From Candidatus Dormiibacterota bacterium (GTDB lineage: Bacteria; Chloroflexota; Dormibacteria; Aeolococcales; Aeolococcaceae), in assembly GCA_963756075.1 (NCBI GenBank), contig CAVWMH010000010.1, positions 19,490 through 83,489 on the forward strand: a stretch of DNA of 64,000 nucleotides, given 5' to 3'. The position numbers and the translations under genes were made by a program. The first letter of the stretch is position 1, and each line of letters starts with the position of its first letter. Positions 8,615 to 17,271 of this stretch are shown here, piece by piece. The notes below the pieces were generated by a model. The model did no database searches. It had not been told where the DNA came from and worked only from the letters and a program-made list of their open reading frames with translations.

Positions 8615-9366
8615 ACCCGCCACTGGTGATCGCAGGCATCACGGTCGCCGGCGGTGTCGTCGGGCTGGGATCCGGCTGGCTCACCGTCATGCTCGAGAAG
8701 TTCGAGAAGCTCGAGGAGGAAGAACGCCAGGAGCGCCTCGACTACGAGCGTGACATCGCGGAGGAGCTCAGCAGGGCGGCGGCAGCGGGGGAGGAGCCGG
8801 AGGCGGCTCGGCCCTGGGCGGGAGAACGTTATGGCTGGACCTGGCTGGAACGCTGGCTCTCGCCCGCGCTCGGAGCGATCGGCTTCGGCGCCTTCGCCGC
8901 ACACGAGGCCTTCGGTTCGGGATTGCTGATCCATCTGCTGTGGGTCGCGATCTTCGTGCAGGTTGTGAACTTCGATCTCAAGCACCGGCTCATCCTCAAC
9001 CTGGTCACCTATCCGAGCGTGCTCGCGGCGGTGGTGCTCAGTGCCTGGTCGCCTGGGCTGACGGTCACCAGCGCGATCATCGGTGCCCTTGGGGTGGCCG
9101 CATTCTTCTTCATCCAGAACCTGGTATCGAGAGGCAGCATCGGCCTCGGCGACGCCAAGCTCGGCGGACTGGTGGGCGCCGTGACCGGCGCGGGCCCGAC
9201 TGCAGCGCACCTCGGCGCGGTGTATGCGGTGGTCGCGGGGGTCTTCATCGGCGGCGCAGCGGCGCTCGTCCTTTTGGTCACACGCGTTCGCAAGCTCAAA
9301 GACCCGATACCCTATGGTCCGTTCCTCTGTGCGGGCGCAGCGCTCATCCTGTATCTCGGTCCGTGA
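8611..9366 (+). CDS. A24-family prepilin (type IV leader) peptidase-like membrane protein
   Basis: Multi-TM protein with GLGDAKL and PYGPFLCAGA motifs typical of A24 aspartic peptidases. An in-frame GTG at 8611 overlaps the aroE stop. An unusual charged insert (EKFEKLEEEERQERLDYERD) follows TM1. Confidence 0.75.
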   Translation: MNPPLVIAGITVAGGVVGLGSGWLTVMLEKFEKLEEEERQERLDYERDIAEELSRAAAAGEEPEAARPWAGERYGWTWLERWLSPALGAIGFGAFAAHEAFGSGLLIHLLWVAIFVQVVNFDLKHRLILNLVTYPSVLAAVVLSAWSPGLTVTSAIIGALGVAAFFFIQNLVSRGSIGLGDAKLGGLVGAVTGAGPTAAHLGAVYAVVAGVFIGGAAALVLLVTRVRKLKDPIPYGPFLCAGAALILYLGP

Positions 9367-9401
9367 CCCGCAGAGTCCAGGGGTTCGATTGAGGTGAGGC
9401 A

Positions 9402-9924
9402 ATGCCGACGCAGTTGATGCCGGGAGAGCGGTCGATCGCACTGGTCCGTCAGCACTGGTCCGTGCTTGCCGGCCATGTGCTCGGGGCGATTGTCGTCATC
9501 GTCGTGGCGATCGTCCTCAACGCCAAGCTGCCCGCCACGATCGGTTCGCTCTCGATCACCACGGTGAAGACGGTGATCCTGCTGGTTGTTGTCATCGCTG
9601 CGGTGCTGTGGGCGGGCTTCAGGGTCCTGCGCTGGCGTTTCGCGACCTATCACCTGACCGATCGACGGATCGTCATGGAAGGCGGAATCCTCTCCAGAAC
9701 CGCCGAGACGATCCCGCTCGATCGGATCCAGAACACCGTGATCCACCGGCCGCTCGGCGACCGTCTCATCGGGGCCGGCGACATCGAGATCGAGTTCGGC
9801 GGGCCGCGACGGCGTCGAGGTCCTGCATCGCATCCCCAGGGCAGAAGCCTTCTACAACGAGCTGCTGACCACCATGAACGCGCCCCCCTCGGCAGGCGCG
9901 CCCACGCGCACCGGGGGCCTCTAG
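9402..9924 (+). CDS. bacterial PH-domain (bPH_2, YdbS/YdbT-like) membrane protein, frame-broken near 9795-9805
   Basis: Two N-terminal TM helices, then ATYHLTDRRIVMEGGILSRTAETIPLDRIQNT...GDIEIE. The canonical domain end RDGVEVLHRIPRAEAFYNELL continues in the +1 frame to TAG at 9922-9924. The ORF-track frame instead runs on into an Arg-rich tail to 10028. Confidence 0.75.
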
Positions 9925-9943
9925 GCCCGGAACCGCGGCCCAG

Positions 9944-10126
9944 TCAGACGCGCCGGGCCAGAGCGGCGATCCGGGCCAGCGCCTCGGCGGCTGTGGCCTC
10001 GGGCTGCTCACGCATCGCTTCACGGTAGGCGCAGATCGCGCCGATCACGTGGCCGTGGGCGTCGAGGAGCCGAGCGATACGCAGGTGCTCGAGGGCGCCC
10101 CTCCGTGTGGGGAGCGTCTCTCTCAT
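9944..10126 (-). CDS. small hypothetical helical protein (about 60 aa)
   Basis: Shorter version of ORF 9944..10210(-), starting at MRETLPTRRG. Third codon positions are strongly G/C. Convergent with the PH-domain gene. No family recognised. Confidence 0.35.
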   Translation of the reverse strand: MRETLPTRRGALEHLRIARLLDAHGHVIGAICAYREAMREQPEATAAEALARIAALARRV

Positions 10127-10233
10127 CACATGCAGTCTTGGTTTCGAAGGGAGACCTGGCGCGGACAAATCGGCATGTCGTTCGACGACGCAAAAGGGGA
10201 ACTCAGGCACGCCGCCAATACAATCCGTTGCAG

Positions 10234-11391
10234 ATGCTTCGATTTCTCACCGCCGGCGAATCGCATGGCCCGCAGCTCACCGTGATCGTCGAAGGTGTGC
10301 CCGCGGGCATTTCGCTGGACGCCGCTCGTGACATCGACCCCGACCTCCGGCGCCGACAGGGCGGACACGGACGGGGAAAGCGCCAGCAGATCGAGCACGA
10401 TGCGGCCCGAATCGTCAGCGGCGTGCGCGGCGGCAAGACCCTCGGCTCTCCGATCACGCTCGTGATCGCGAACCGCGACTGGGAGAACTGGCAGGGCCCG
10501 ATGCAGGTCGAGGCGCGGGGATTCAAGAGGAAATCGGTCACGCGCGTTCGCCCCGGGCATGCCGACCTCGCGGGAGTGCTGAAGTACGGCTTCAGCGACG
10601 CTCGCGACGTGCTCGAGCGCGCGAGCGCTCGCGAGACCGCGGCACGGGTCGCCGCCGGTGCAGTCGGCCGCGCCCTGATCGCCGCCATCGGTATCCATGT
10701 CCATTCATGCGTCATTCGCATCGGAGACGTGCACGTTCCGGTGCCCGACGGCGAGGTGGCCTGGGATGCGGTCGAGCGCTCGCCGGTGCGCTGCGCCGAT
10801 GAGGACGCGTCGGCGCAAATGGTCGCCGCCATCGATGCCGCGCGGGAAAACGGCGACACGCTCGGCGGGACCGCCTACGTCGTCGCCACGAATGTTCCGG
10901 CCGGACTTGGCAGTTACGTGCACTGGGATCGTAAGATCGACGGGCTCATCGCCCAGGCGATGTGCAGCATCCCGTCTGTCAAGGGCGTCGAGATCGGCGC
11001 TGCGGTGCTGGCCGCGCGATCGCCGGGGTCCGCCGTGCACGACGAGCCCCGTTGGGACCCCGAGCGCGGATTTCACCATCTGACCAACCGGCAGGGCGGT
11101 CTGGCCGGCGGGGTCACCGACGGGGAGCCGGTCTGGGCGCTCGTGCACTTCAAGCCCATCTCGACGCTGCTCCACCCGCTGCGCAGCGTCGACATCCATT
11201 CGGGCGCCGAGATCAACGCCCACTACGAGCGCAGCGACATCTGTGTCGTCCCGGCGGGCGCGGTGGTGACCGAGGCGATGCTCGCCTGGGTTCTGGCCAC
11301 AGCGGCGACGGAGAAGTTCGGAGGCGATACCGCAGGCGAGCTGCGCCGTGCGGCCGCCGCTCATCGCCGCGCCGCGAGCCGGCTGCGATGA
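10234..11391 (+). CDS. aroC: chorismate synthase
   Basis: Starts MLRFLTAGESHGP (ATG 10234, in frame with ORF 10105..11391). Conserved RPGHAD and GGRSSARETA-like (ERASARETAARV) motifs. Confidence 0.95.
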   Translation: MLRFLTAGESHGPQLTVIVEGVPAGISLDAARDIDPDLRRRQGGHGRGKRQQIEHDAARIVSGVRGGKTLGSPITLVIANRDWENWQGPMQVEARGFKRKSVTRVRPGHADLAGVLKYGFSDARDVLERASARETAARVAAGAVGRALIAAIGIHVHSCVIRIGDVHVPVPDGEVAWDAVERSPVRCADEDASAQMVAAIDAARENGDTLGGTAYVVATNVPAGLGSYVHWDRKIDGLIAQAMCSIPSVKGVEIGAAVLAARSPGSAVHDEPRWDPERGFHHLTNRQGGLAGGVTDGEPVWALVHFKPISTLLHPLRSVDIHSGAEINAHYERSDICVVPAGAVVTEAMLAWVLATAATEKFGGDTAGELRRAAAAHRRAASRLR

Positions 11392-12968
11392 CCGCCATAC
11401 GCCGCATCGCGCTGGTGGGGCTGCCGGGGTCTGGAAAGAGCACTGTGGCCCCGCTGATCGCGGAACGCCTCGGCTGGGCAGCCGTCGACCTCGATGACGT
11501 GATCGCGGCAAGCGCGGGGCGCTCGCCGGCGGCGATCATCGCGACCGACGGGGAGGCGCACTTCCGGGACCTCGAGCTGACCGCGCTCGAAGCCACGCTC
11601 CGACGGTCCGGCCCTGTGGTCATCGCCTGTGGCGGAGGCCTGATCACCAACGCCGCTGCGCGGCGCCTCTTGACCGAGCTCTGCACCGTGGTCTGGCTCG
11701 ATGCACCCGACCAGGTGCTCATCCAGCGTGTGGGCGATGGCGCGGACCGGCCCCTGCTCGGCGGGTCCGCCGCGACAGGGATCCCGCGCCTCCGCAGCAG
11801 CCGATCTCGAGCCCACCAGTCCTCGCACCTGCGCATTGGCGCCCACGAGGCGCCTGAGGCGGTTGCGTCCAGCGTGATCGCCGCCCTCGAGGGTGCCGTG
11901 CGCGTCAACCTCGCGGAACGCGCCTACCTCATCGAGGTGCGCGCCGGAGCGCTCGACGACGTGATGGCGCACGTCCCGGCCTCAGCGACACGCGTCGCGC
12001 TGCTGGCGGATCGCGCCGTGCATCCGGTGTCCGAGAGGCTCACCGCCTCGCTGCGCAGCGCCGGCATAGCCACGACCGTGCTCGAGGTCTCCGGCGGCGA
12101 GCCGCTCAAGACCTGGGCGACCGCCGGTGAGATGCTCGACCGCCTCGGGGCCGCGGGCCTGCAGCGCAACGACTGCGTCGTGGCGATCGGCGGCGGAACC
12201 GTGGGCGACCTCGCCGGGTTTGTCGCCGCCACGTACCTGCGTGGGATCGCCTGGGTGAACGTCCCCACCACGCTCCTCGCGATGGTGGACAGCGCCATCG
12301 GCGGCAAGACCGGGGTGAATCTCGCGCGCGGAAAAAACCTCGCCGGCGCGATCTGGCAGCCCCGGGCGGTGGTCTGCGACCCCGCCGTCTTGGCCACCCA
12401 GGACGACCGCTCGTTTCGATCCGCATTCGCCGAGATCGTCAAGTACTCGATGATCGTCACGACAACGCTCGCAAGCGACCTCGACGTGCACCTCGAGCGC
12501 CTGCTCAGCCGCGATACGGACGCGTTGACCGCGACGATCCGCGAATGCTGTGCCATCAAGGCACGCATCGTCGCGAGTGACGAGCGTGAGGGCACCGGAC
12601 GCGCCGTGCTCAACTACGGACACACAGTCGGCCACGCGCTCGAGGCTGCGGCCGGGTTCGGTGATGCGCTGCTCCACGGCGAAGCGGTGGCTGTCGGGAT
12701 GCGCGCCGCCGGGTTGCTCAGCATTCGCACCCTCGGGTGCCCCGATGGGGAGATCGGCTGGCAGGATGAGATGATCTCGCGGTGCGGGCTGGCGACGACC
12801 TCGGTGTTTGATCCCGAGCGCGTGCTCGGCCATATGGGCGCGGACAAGAAGACGGTCGGCGATCGCCTGGGCTGGGTCCTGCTCGCAGCCAGGGGGCGCC
12901 CGCTCACCGGCCAGCAGGTTCCCGAGGAGGAGGTGCGCGCCGCGCTGGACGCTGTGCTCGCTCGATGA
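11388..12968 (+). CDS. aroKB: fused shikimate kinase / 3-dehydroquinate synthase
   Basis: The ATG at 11388 overlaps the aroC stop (ATGA). N-terminus is shikimate kinase (IALVGLPGSGKSTV, GGG at ACGGGL). From about residue 170 it is AroB (VAIGGGTVGDLAGFVAATYLRGI, VDSAIGGKTGVN, NYGHTVGHALE). No stop lies between the two modules in this assembly. Confidence 0.9.
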   Translation: MTAIRRIALVGLPGSGKSTVAPLIAERLGWAAVDLDDVIAASAGRSPAAIIATDGEAHFRDLELTALEATLRRSGPVVIACGGGLITNAAARRLLTELCTVVWLDAPDQVLIQRVGDGADRPLLGGSAATGIPRLRSSRSRAHQSSHLRIGAHEAPEAVASSVIAALEGAVRVNLAERAYLIEVRAGALDDVMAHVPASATRVALLADRAVHPVSERLTASLRSAGIATTVLEVSGGEPLKTWATAGEMLDRLGAAGLQRNDCVVAIGGGTVGDLAGFVAATYLRGIAWVNVPTTLLAMVDSAIGGKTGVNLARGKNLAGAIWQPRAVVCDPAVLATQDDRSFRSAFAEIVKYSMIVTTTLASDLDVHLERLLSRDTDALTATIRECCAIKARIVASDEREGTGRAVLNYGHTVGHALEAAAGFGDALLHGEAVAVGMRAAGLLSIRTLGCPDGEIGWQDEMISRCGLATTSVFDPERVLGHMGADKKTVGDRLGWVLLAARGRPLTGQQVPEEEVRAALDAVLAR

Positions 12969-13426
12969 CGCGGATCCTGCTGCTCAACGGGCCCAACCTG
13001 GCGAGCCTCGGCGAGCGCGAGCCCGACGTCTACGGGGCGATCACCCTCGCCGAGATCGAGGCCGCCGTTCGCGATCGCGCCGCCACGCGCGGCCTGGAGG
13101 TGCGCTGCGAGCAGACCAACCATGAAGGCGCGATGGTGGACATTCTCGAGTCCGAGCGCGGGCACAGTGCGGGGTGCATCGTCAACCCCGGCGGGCTGAC
13201 CCACACGAGCGTCGTCCTCGCCGACGCGCTCCGCGGTTTCAGTGGTCCCGTCATCGAGGTCCACCTGTCGAACATCCTCGCCCGTGAGCCTTATCGGCGC
13301 GTCTCCCTGTCAGCCGAGGCAGCGGTCGCGGTGATCTCGGGCCTGGGTTTGGAAGGCTACGTCCTCGCAGTCGAGGGACTGGCTAAGCTGCTCGAGGACG
13401 GTTCAACCACTGGGAGCACTGCATGA
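12965..13426 (+). CDS. aroQ: type II 3-dehydroquinate dehydratase
   Basis: 153 aa. ILLLNGPNLASLGEREPDVYG, NHEG, NPGGLTHTSV, EVHLSN motifs. ATGA overlap. Confidence 0.95.
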   Translation: MTRILLLNGPNLASLGEREPDVYGAITLAEIEAAVRDRAATRGLEVRCEQTNHEGAMVDILESERGHSAGCIVNPGGLTHTSVVLADALRGFSGPVIEVHLSNILAREPYRRVSLSAEAAVAVISGLGLEGYVLAVEGLAKLLEDGSTTGSTA

Positions 13427-13980
13427 TCACCGCGTCGGACCTGCGCCCGGGCGCGACAGTCGAACGCGACGGCGACCTCTTCGAGGTCATCGACTTCTCG
13501 CACATGAAGCAGGGTCGTGGCACCGCCGTTGTTCGTGCCAAGTTGCGCAACGTCACAACCGGTGCGGTCACCGACGAGACGTTCCGTCCCGAGGAGAAGT
13601 TCGGCCGTGTCCGCATCGAGCGCACCGAGGCTCAGCTGCTCTACAAGGACGGTGCGAATTACGTGGTGATGGACAACACCACGTTCGACCAGGTCACCCT
13701 GAGTCCGGAGCAGCTGGGGAGCGGCGTCGACTATCTCAAGGAGAACGACACCCTGTTCCTGCTGCGATTCGATGATCGCGTCCTCGGTGTGGACCTGCCG
13801 ACGTCGGTCGTGCTCGAGGTCACCCAAAGTGAGCCCGGGTTCAAGGGTGACACCGCCAACGCGTCGTTCAAGCCGGCCGTCGTCGAAACGGGGCTCGCGG
13901 TCGACGTGCCGCTGTTCGTGAACCAGGGCGACCTGATCCGCGTCGACACGCGCACAGGGCGGTACGTGGAGCGCGCATGA
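13423..13980 (+). CDS. efp: elongation factor P
   Basis: 185 aa. Typical EF-P N-terminus (SDLRPG...VIDFSHMKQGRGTAVVRAKLRNV) and OB domains. Confidence 0.97.
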   Translation: MITASDLRPGATVERDGDLFEVIDFSHMKQGRGTAVVRAKLRNVTTGAVTDETFRPEEKFGRVRIERTEAQLLYKDGANYVVMDNTTFDQVTLSPEQLGSGVDYLKENDTLFLLRFDDRVLGVDLPTSVVLEVTQSEPGFKGDTANASFKPAVVETGLAVDVPLFVNQGDLIRVDTRTGRYVERA

Positions 13981-14366
13981 GCGACGTCAAGGAGCCGGAC
14001 CACCTCGCCTTGCGACCGACCACCAACGGTCGCCGCCAGCTCGGCACGACGCGCGTCGCGAATGAGGTGGTGGCATCCATCGCGGCCTTCGCGGCGCTCC
14101 AGGTGTCGGGGATTCATGCCATGTACCACCCCGGAGGTCAGCAGTTCGATCGCATCGTTCGCAGGTCGCATGCCCACCGAGGCGTGCGCGTGGAGATGCG
14201 CGACGATGCCCTGCATCTGAGCCTCTACGTCGTCATGGAGTTGGGCGGCAACGTGCCGGTCGTCGGGGCCGAGGTGCAGCGGCGCGTTGCCGACGCGATC
14301 GATCGCATGCTCGCCCTGCGCGTCGAGGAGGTCAACGTCTTCGTCAGCGAGGTCGCCTTCGCGTGA
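13977..14366 (+). CDS. Asp23/Gls24-family envelope stress protein
   Basis: 129 aa. GTTRVANEVVASIAAFAALQVSGI ... VEEVNVFVSEV pattern typical of Asp23. It sits between efp and nusB, as in many Gram-positives. Confidence 0.8.
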   Translation: MSDVKEPDHLALRPTTNGRRQLGTTRVANEVVASIAAFAALQVSGIHAMYHPGGQQFDRIVRRSHAHRGVRVEMRDDALHLSLYVVMELGGNVPVVGAEVQRRVADAIDRMLALRVEEVNVFVSEVAFA

Positions 14367-14789
14367 CCCCCGCCGTGTCAGGCACGGGACGTAGACGGCG
14401 TGGTCGTGAGCTCGCGCTTCGCGTGCTCTTCGAGATCGAGGGGACCGAGAAGGATCCGGACTTCGCGTTGCGCTATCAGGGCGAAGACCTGCACGCCACC
14501 GCCGATGTTCGCGCCTTCGCACGGACTATCGTCGTCGGTTGTGTCGACCATCTCGACACCATCGATGCGGCGCTCGCCACCGCGATGGAGCACTGGTCGC
14601 TCGTCGACCTGGGCAAGGTCGAGCGTGCTGTGCTGCGCCTCGGGACGTTCGAGCTGCTGTACATGGAGACCACACCCGTCGCGGTGGTGATCGACGAGTT
14701 CGATCGAGCTCTCGCGGGCATACGCCGGCGACGAGGCCGCCCAGTTCGTCAACGGTGTCCTGGGCCACGTCGCGCGGGAGCGCGTATGA
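14363..14789 (+). CDS. nusB: transcription antitermination factor NusB, frame-broken near 14695-14718
   Basis: RELALRVLFEIE ... WSLVDLGKVERAVLRLGTFELLY...VAVVIDE in the ORF-track frame. The conserved end AYAGDEAAQFVNGVLGHVARERV* is in the +1 frame, and its TGA (14787-14789) overlaps the xseA ATG. Confidence 0.85.
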
Positions 14790-16112
14790 CAGCCGCCGTC
14801 TGCACCGTCAGCGACCTCACCGTGCTCGTACGCGACGCGCTCGCCGCTCGCCCTGAGCTGGAGGATGTGCTTGTCGAGGGCGAGATCAGCAACCTCAAGG
14901 CACACGTGTCCGGTCACCTCTACTTCACCCTCAAGGACGCGCATGCCGCGGTCTCGTGCGTGTGCTTTCGCACCAACGCGCTGCAGATACCCTTTCGCCC
15001 GGACAACGGCATGACGGTGATCGCGCACGGATCGGTGCAGGTGTATGGGCAGCAGGGACGGTACCAGCTCTACGTCGACCGCCTCGAACCGAGCGGCGTG
15101 GGCGCGCTTGCGCTTGGGATCGAACAGCTCAAGCAGCGGCTGAGCGCCGAGGGACTCTTCGACGAGCGGCGCAAACGCCGGCTGCCGTTGCTGCCTCGGC
15201 GAGTCGTCGTGGTCACGTCACGCAGCGGCGCCGCTCTGCGTGACGTGACCACGGTGATCCAGCGCCGGGCACCGTGCATCGGGGTCGTGCTCTCGCCCGC
15301 GACCGTCCAGGGAGACGGCGCTGTCGAGACGCTGATCCGTGCGCTGCAGCGCGCCGACCAGGTTCGCGACGCAGACGTCATCCTGCTGGTGCGCGGCGGC
15401 GGTTCCCTCGAGGACCTGATCGCGTTCAACAGCGAAACGCTCGCGCGCGCGATCCGGGCGACGCGGCTCCCGGTCGTGACCGGTGTGGGTCATGAGACCG
15501 ACACGACCGTTGCGGACCTCGCCGCCGACCGCCGAGCCGCGACCCCGTCGGCCGCTGCGGAGCTGGTCGCGCCGAGCGTCGCCGTGCTGCGCGATGAGGT
15601 CGCCGCGCGACACGCCCGCCTTGACGTCGCCATCGTGGGGCTGGTCAGCGTGCGACGCGACCGTGTCCACATTGCCTCGCTGCGCCTCCGCCAGGCGTTG
15701 ATGGAGGAGACGTCGCTGAAGCGCCGTGAGCTCGATCACCAGACATCGCGTTTCGCCGTCGCTCACCCGTCCCGGCGCGTCGAGATCGAGCGGCTCCGGC
15801 TGCAACGGACCGCGGAGCGCCTCCAGGAGGCCACCGCCCGGGTCACCGTCGCGCGCCGCGCCGCACTGACGACCCGCTCGGCACGGCTGGCGGCGCTGTC
15901 GCCGAGACGGACGCTCGAACGTGGGTACTCGATCACCTCCGACGCGGACGGCCGCGTGCTCACCGACGCTTCCACCGTGCCGTCCGGCTCGCGCCTTCGC
16001 ACGGTCCTCCACCACGGCCGCGTGGCGAGCACCGTGGATCGAGTTCGAGCCGGATCCACCCGGCGAGGGCGAACGGATGTACGATTCCAAGCCGGAAGCA
16101 GGCGACCCATGA
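14786..16112 (+). CDS. xseA: exodeoxyribonuclease VII large subunit (C-terminal tail probably in the +1 frame from about 16040)
   Basis: MTAAVCTVSDLT...VEGEISNLKAHVSGHLYFTLKD (OB fold), VVVVTSRSGAALRDV, LVRGGGSLEDL, GVGHETD. In the ORF-track frame it runs without a stop into xseB. The alternative frame (EPDPPGEGERMYDSKPEAGDP*) has higher GC3 and ends in an ATGA overlap with xseB at 16109-16112. Confidence 0.85.
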
Positions 16113-16453
16113 CACAGAATTCGGCGGAGGACGGCATCACGACGCTGACGTACGAGGCTGCCCTGGCCGAGCTCGACACCCTGATCACCAAGCTCGAGGG
16201 TGGGAGCATCGCTCTTGAGGAGGCGATCGGCGCGTACGAGCGTGGAGTGGTGCTCGCCCAGCACTGCGCCGACCTGCTCGCGCGCACCGAGCAGCGTGTG
16301 AAGCAGCTCGTGGTCAGCGCGAGTGGCGCCATCGGCGAGCGCCCGCTGGAGGCCGGCGGCACAGCCGTGCCGGAACCGCAGGGCGTGCCGCTCGCCGGCA
16401 CTCCGGCGAGGCCCGCATTGCCTCGGATCGATCCCGACGACGTCCCTTTCTGA
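16109..16453 (+). CDS. xseB: exodeoxyribonuclease VII small subunit
   Basis: MTQNSAEDGITTLTYEAALAELDTLITKLEGGSIALEEAIGAYERGVVLAQHC matches the XseB helical hairpin. Long Pro/Ala tail. Confidence 0.85.
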   Translation: MTQNSAEDGITTLTYEAALAELDTLITKLEGGSIALEEAIGAYERGVVLAQHCADLLARTEQRVKQLVVSASGAIGERPLEAGGTAVPEPQGVPLAGTPARPALPRIDPDDVPF

Positions 16454-16473
16454 CAGCGCGAATACACACGGAT

Positions 16474-17271
16474 GTGATAAACCTTGGAGCTATGACACCG
16501 GTCTCCCAGGCCAGGCGGGTCGATCTCGAGCTGGTCGCACGCGGGCTGGCTCCGAGCCGGGAGCGCGCCCAGGCGCTCGTCGCCGCGGGCATGGTCGAGG
16601 TGGACGGCGCGCGGGCCATGAGTGCTGACCAGCGTGTGGGAGCCGCGACGCTCATCCGGATGCTCGGACGCGACCATCCCTGGGCCAGCAGGGGAGGGCT
16701 CAAGCTCGTTCCGGCGCTGGATGCGTTCGGCGTGAGCTGCGCCGGCCGGGTGTGCCTCGACGCGGGAGCATCGACCGGCGGATTCACCGATGTGCTCCTG
16801 AGCCGCGGGGCGGCGTTCGTCTACGCGGTCGACGTCGGCCGCGGTCAGCTCGACCCGCGACTGGCGACCGATCCGCGCGTGCGCGTCATGGACCGGACCA
16901 ACCTCCGCTCGCTGACCTCGCTCCCGGGATCGCCGCCAGACCTGGTGACGCTCGATCTCTCGTTCATCTCGCTGCGCCTGGTGATCCCGGCTGTGGTGCG
17001 CCTCATCGCACCCGGTGGCGCAGATCTCGTGGCCCTGTTCAAGCCGCAGTTCGAGCTCGGCCGCGAGGCGATCGGCAAGGGGGGGATCGTGCGCGACCCG
17101 GACGCCGCGGAACGGGCCGCCGGCGACTTTGCCTCCTGGCTCGCGTCCGACTTCGGCGCTGTTGCGCACACGCCGATGCCGTCGCCGGTGCGCGGCGCCA
17201 AGGGCAACCTCGAATGGCTGGTCGGGGCTCGCCTTGTGCGGTTGCCCTCCGACGGACCGAGCGAGCCATGA
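16474..17271 (+). CDS. tlyA: TlyA-family rRNA 2'-O-methyltransferase (S4 domain + FtsJ fold)
   Basis: RVDLELVARGLAPSRERAQALV (S4), RGGLKLVPALDAF, LDAGASTGGFTDVLL, DLSFISL, KPQFE motifs. ATG 16492 is an alternative start. Confidence 0.9.
   Translation: MINLGAMTPVSQARRVDLELVARGLAPSRERAQALVAAGMVEVDGARAMSADQRVGAATLIRMLGRDHPWASRGGLKLVPALDAFGVSCAGRVCLDAGASTGGFTDVLLSRGAAFVYAVDVGRGQLDPRLATDPRVRVMDRTNLRSLTSLPGSPPDLVTLDLSFISLRLVIPAVVRLIAPGGADLVALFKPQFELGREAIGKGGIVRDPDAAERAAGDFASWLASDFGAVAHTPMPSPVRGAKGNLEWLVGARLVRLPSDGPSEP

Noticed and set aside
10105-10233. N-terminal extensions proposed by the ORF track for aroC (10105), ruvX (7050), prepilin peptidase (8308), aroK/B (10962), nadK (16752), recN (17983), scpA (19386), rsmA (27960), the SDR (44264), carbonic anhydrase (48662) and pheS (54632)
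   Set aside because: The extensions overlap the preceding conserved gene and translate to Arg-rich low-complexity sequence. In each case an in-frame ATG/GTG at a 1-4 nt stop-start overlap, or behind an SD, coincides with the start of family-conserved sequence.
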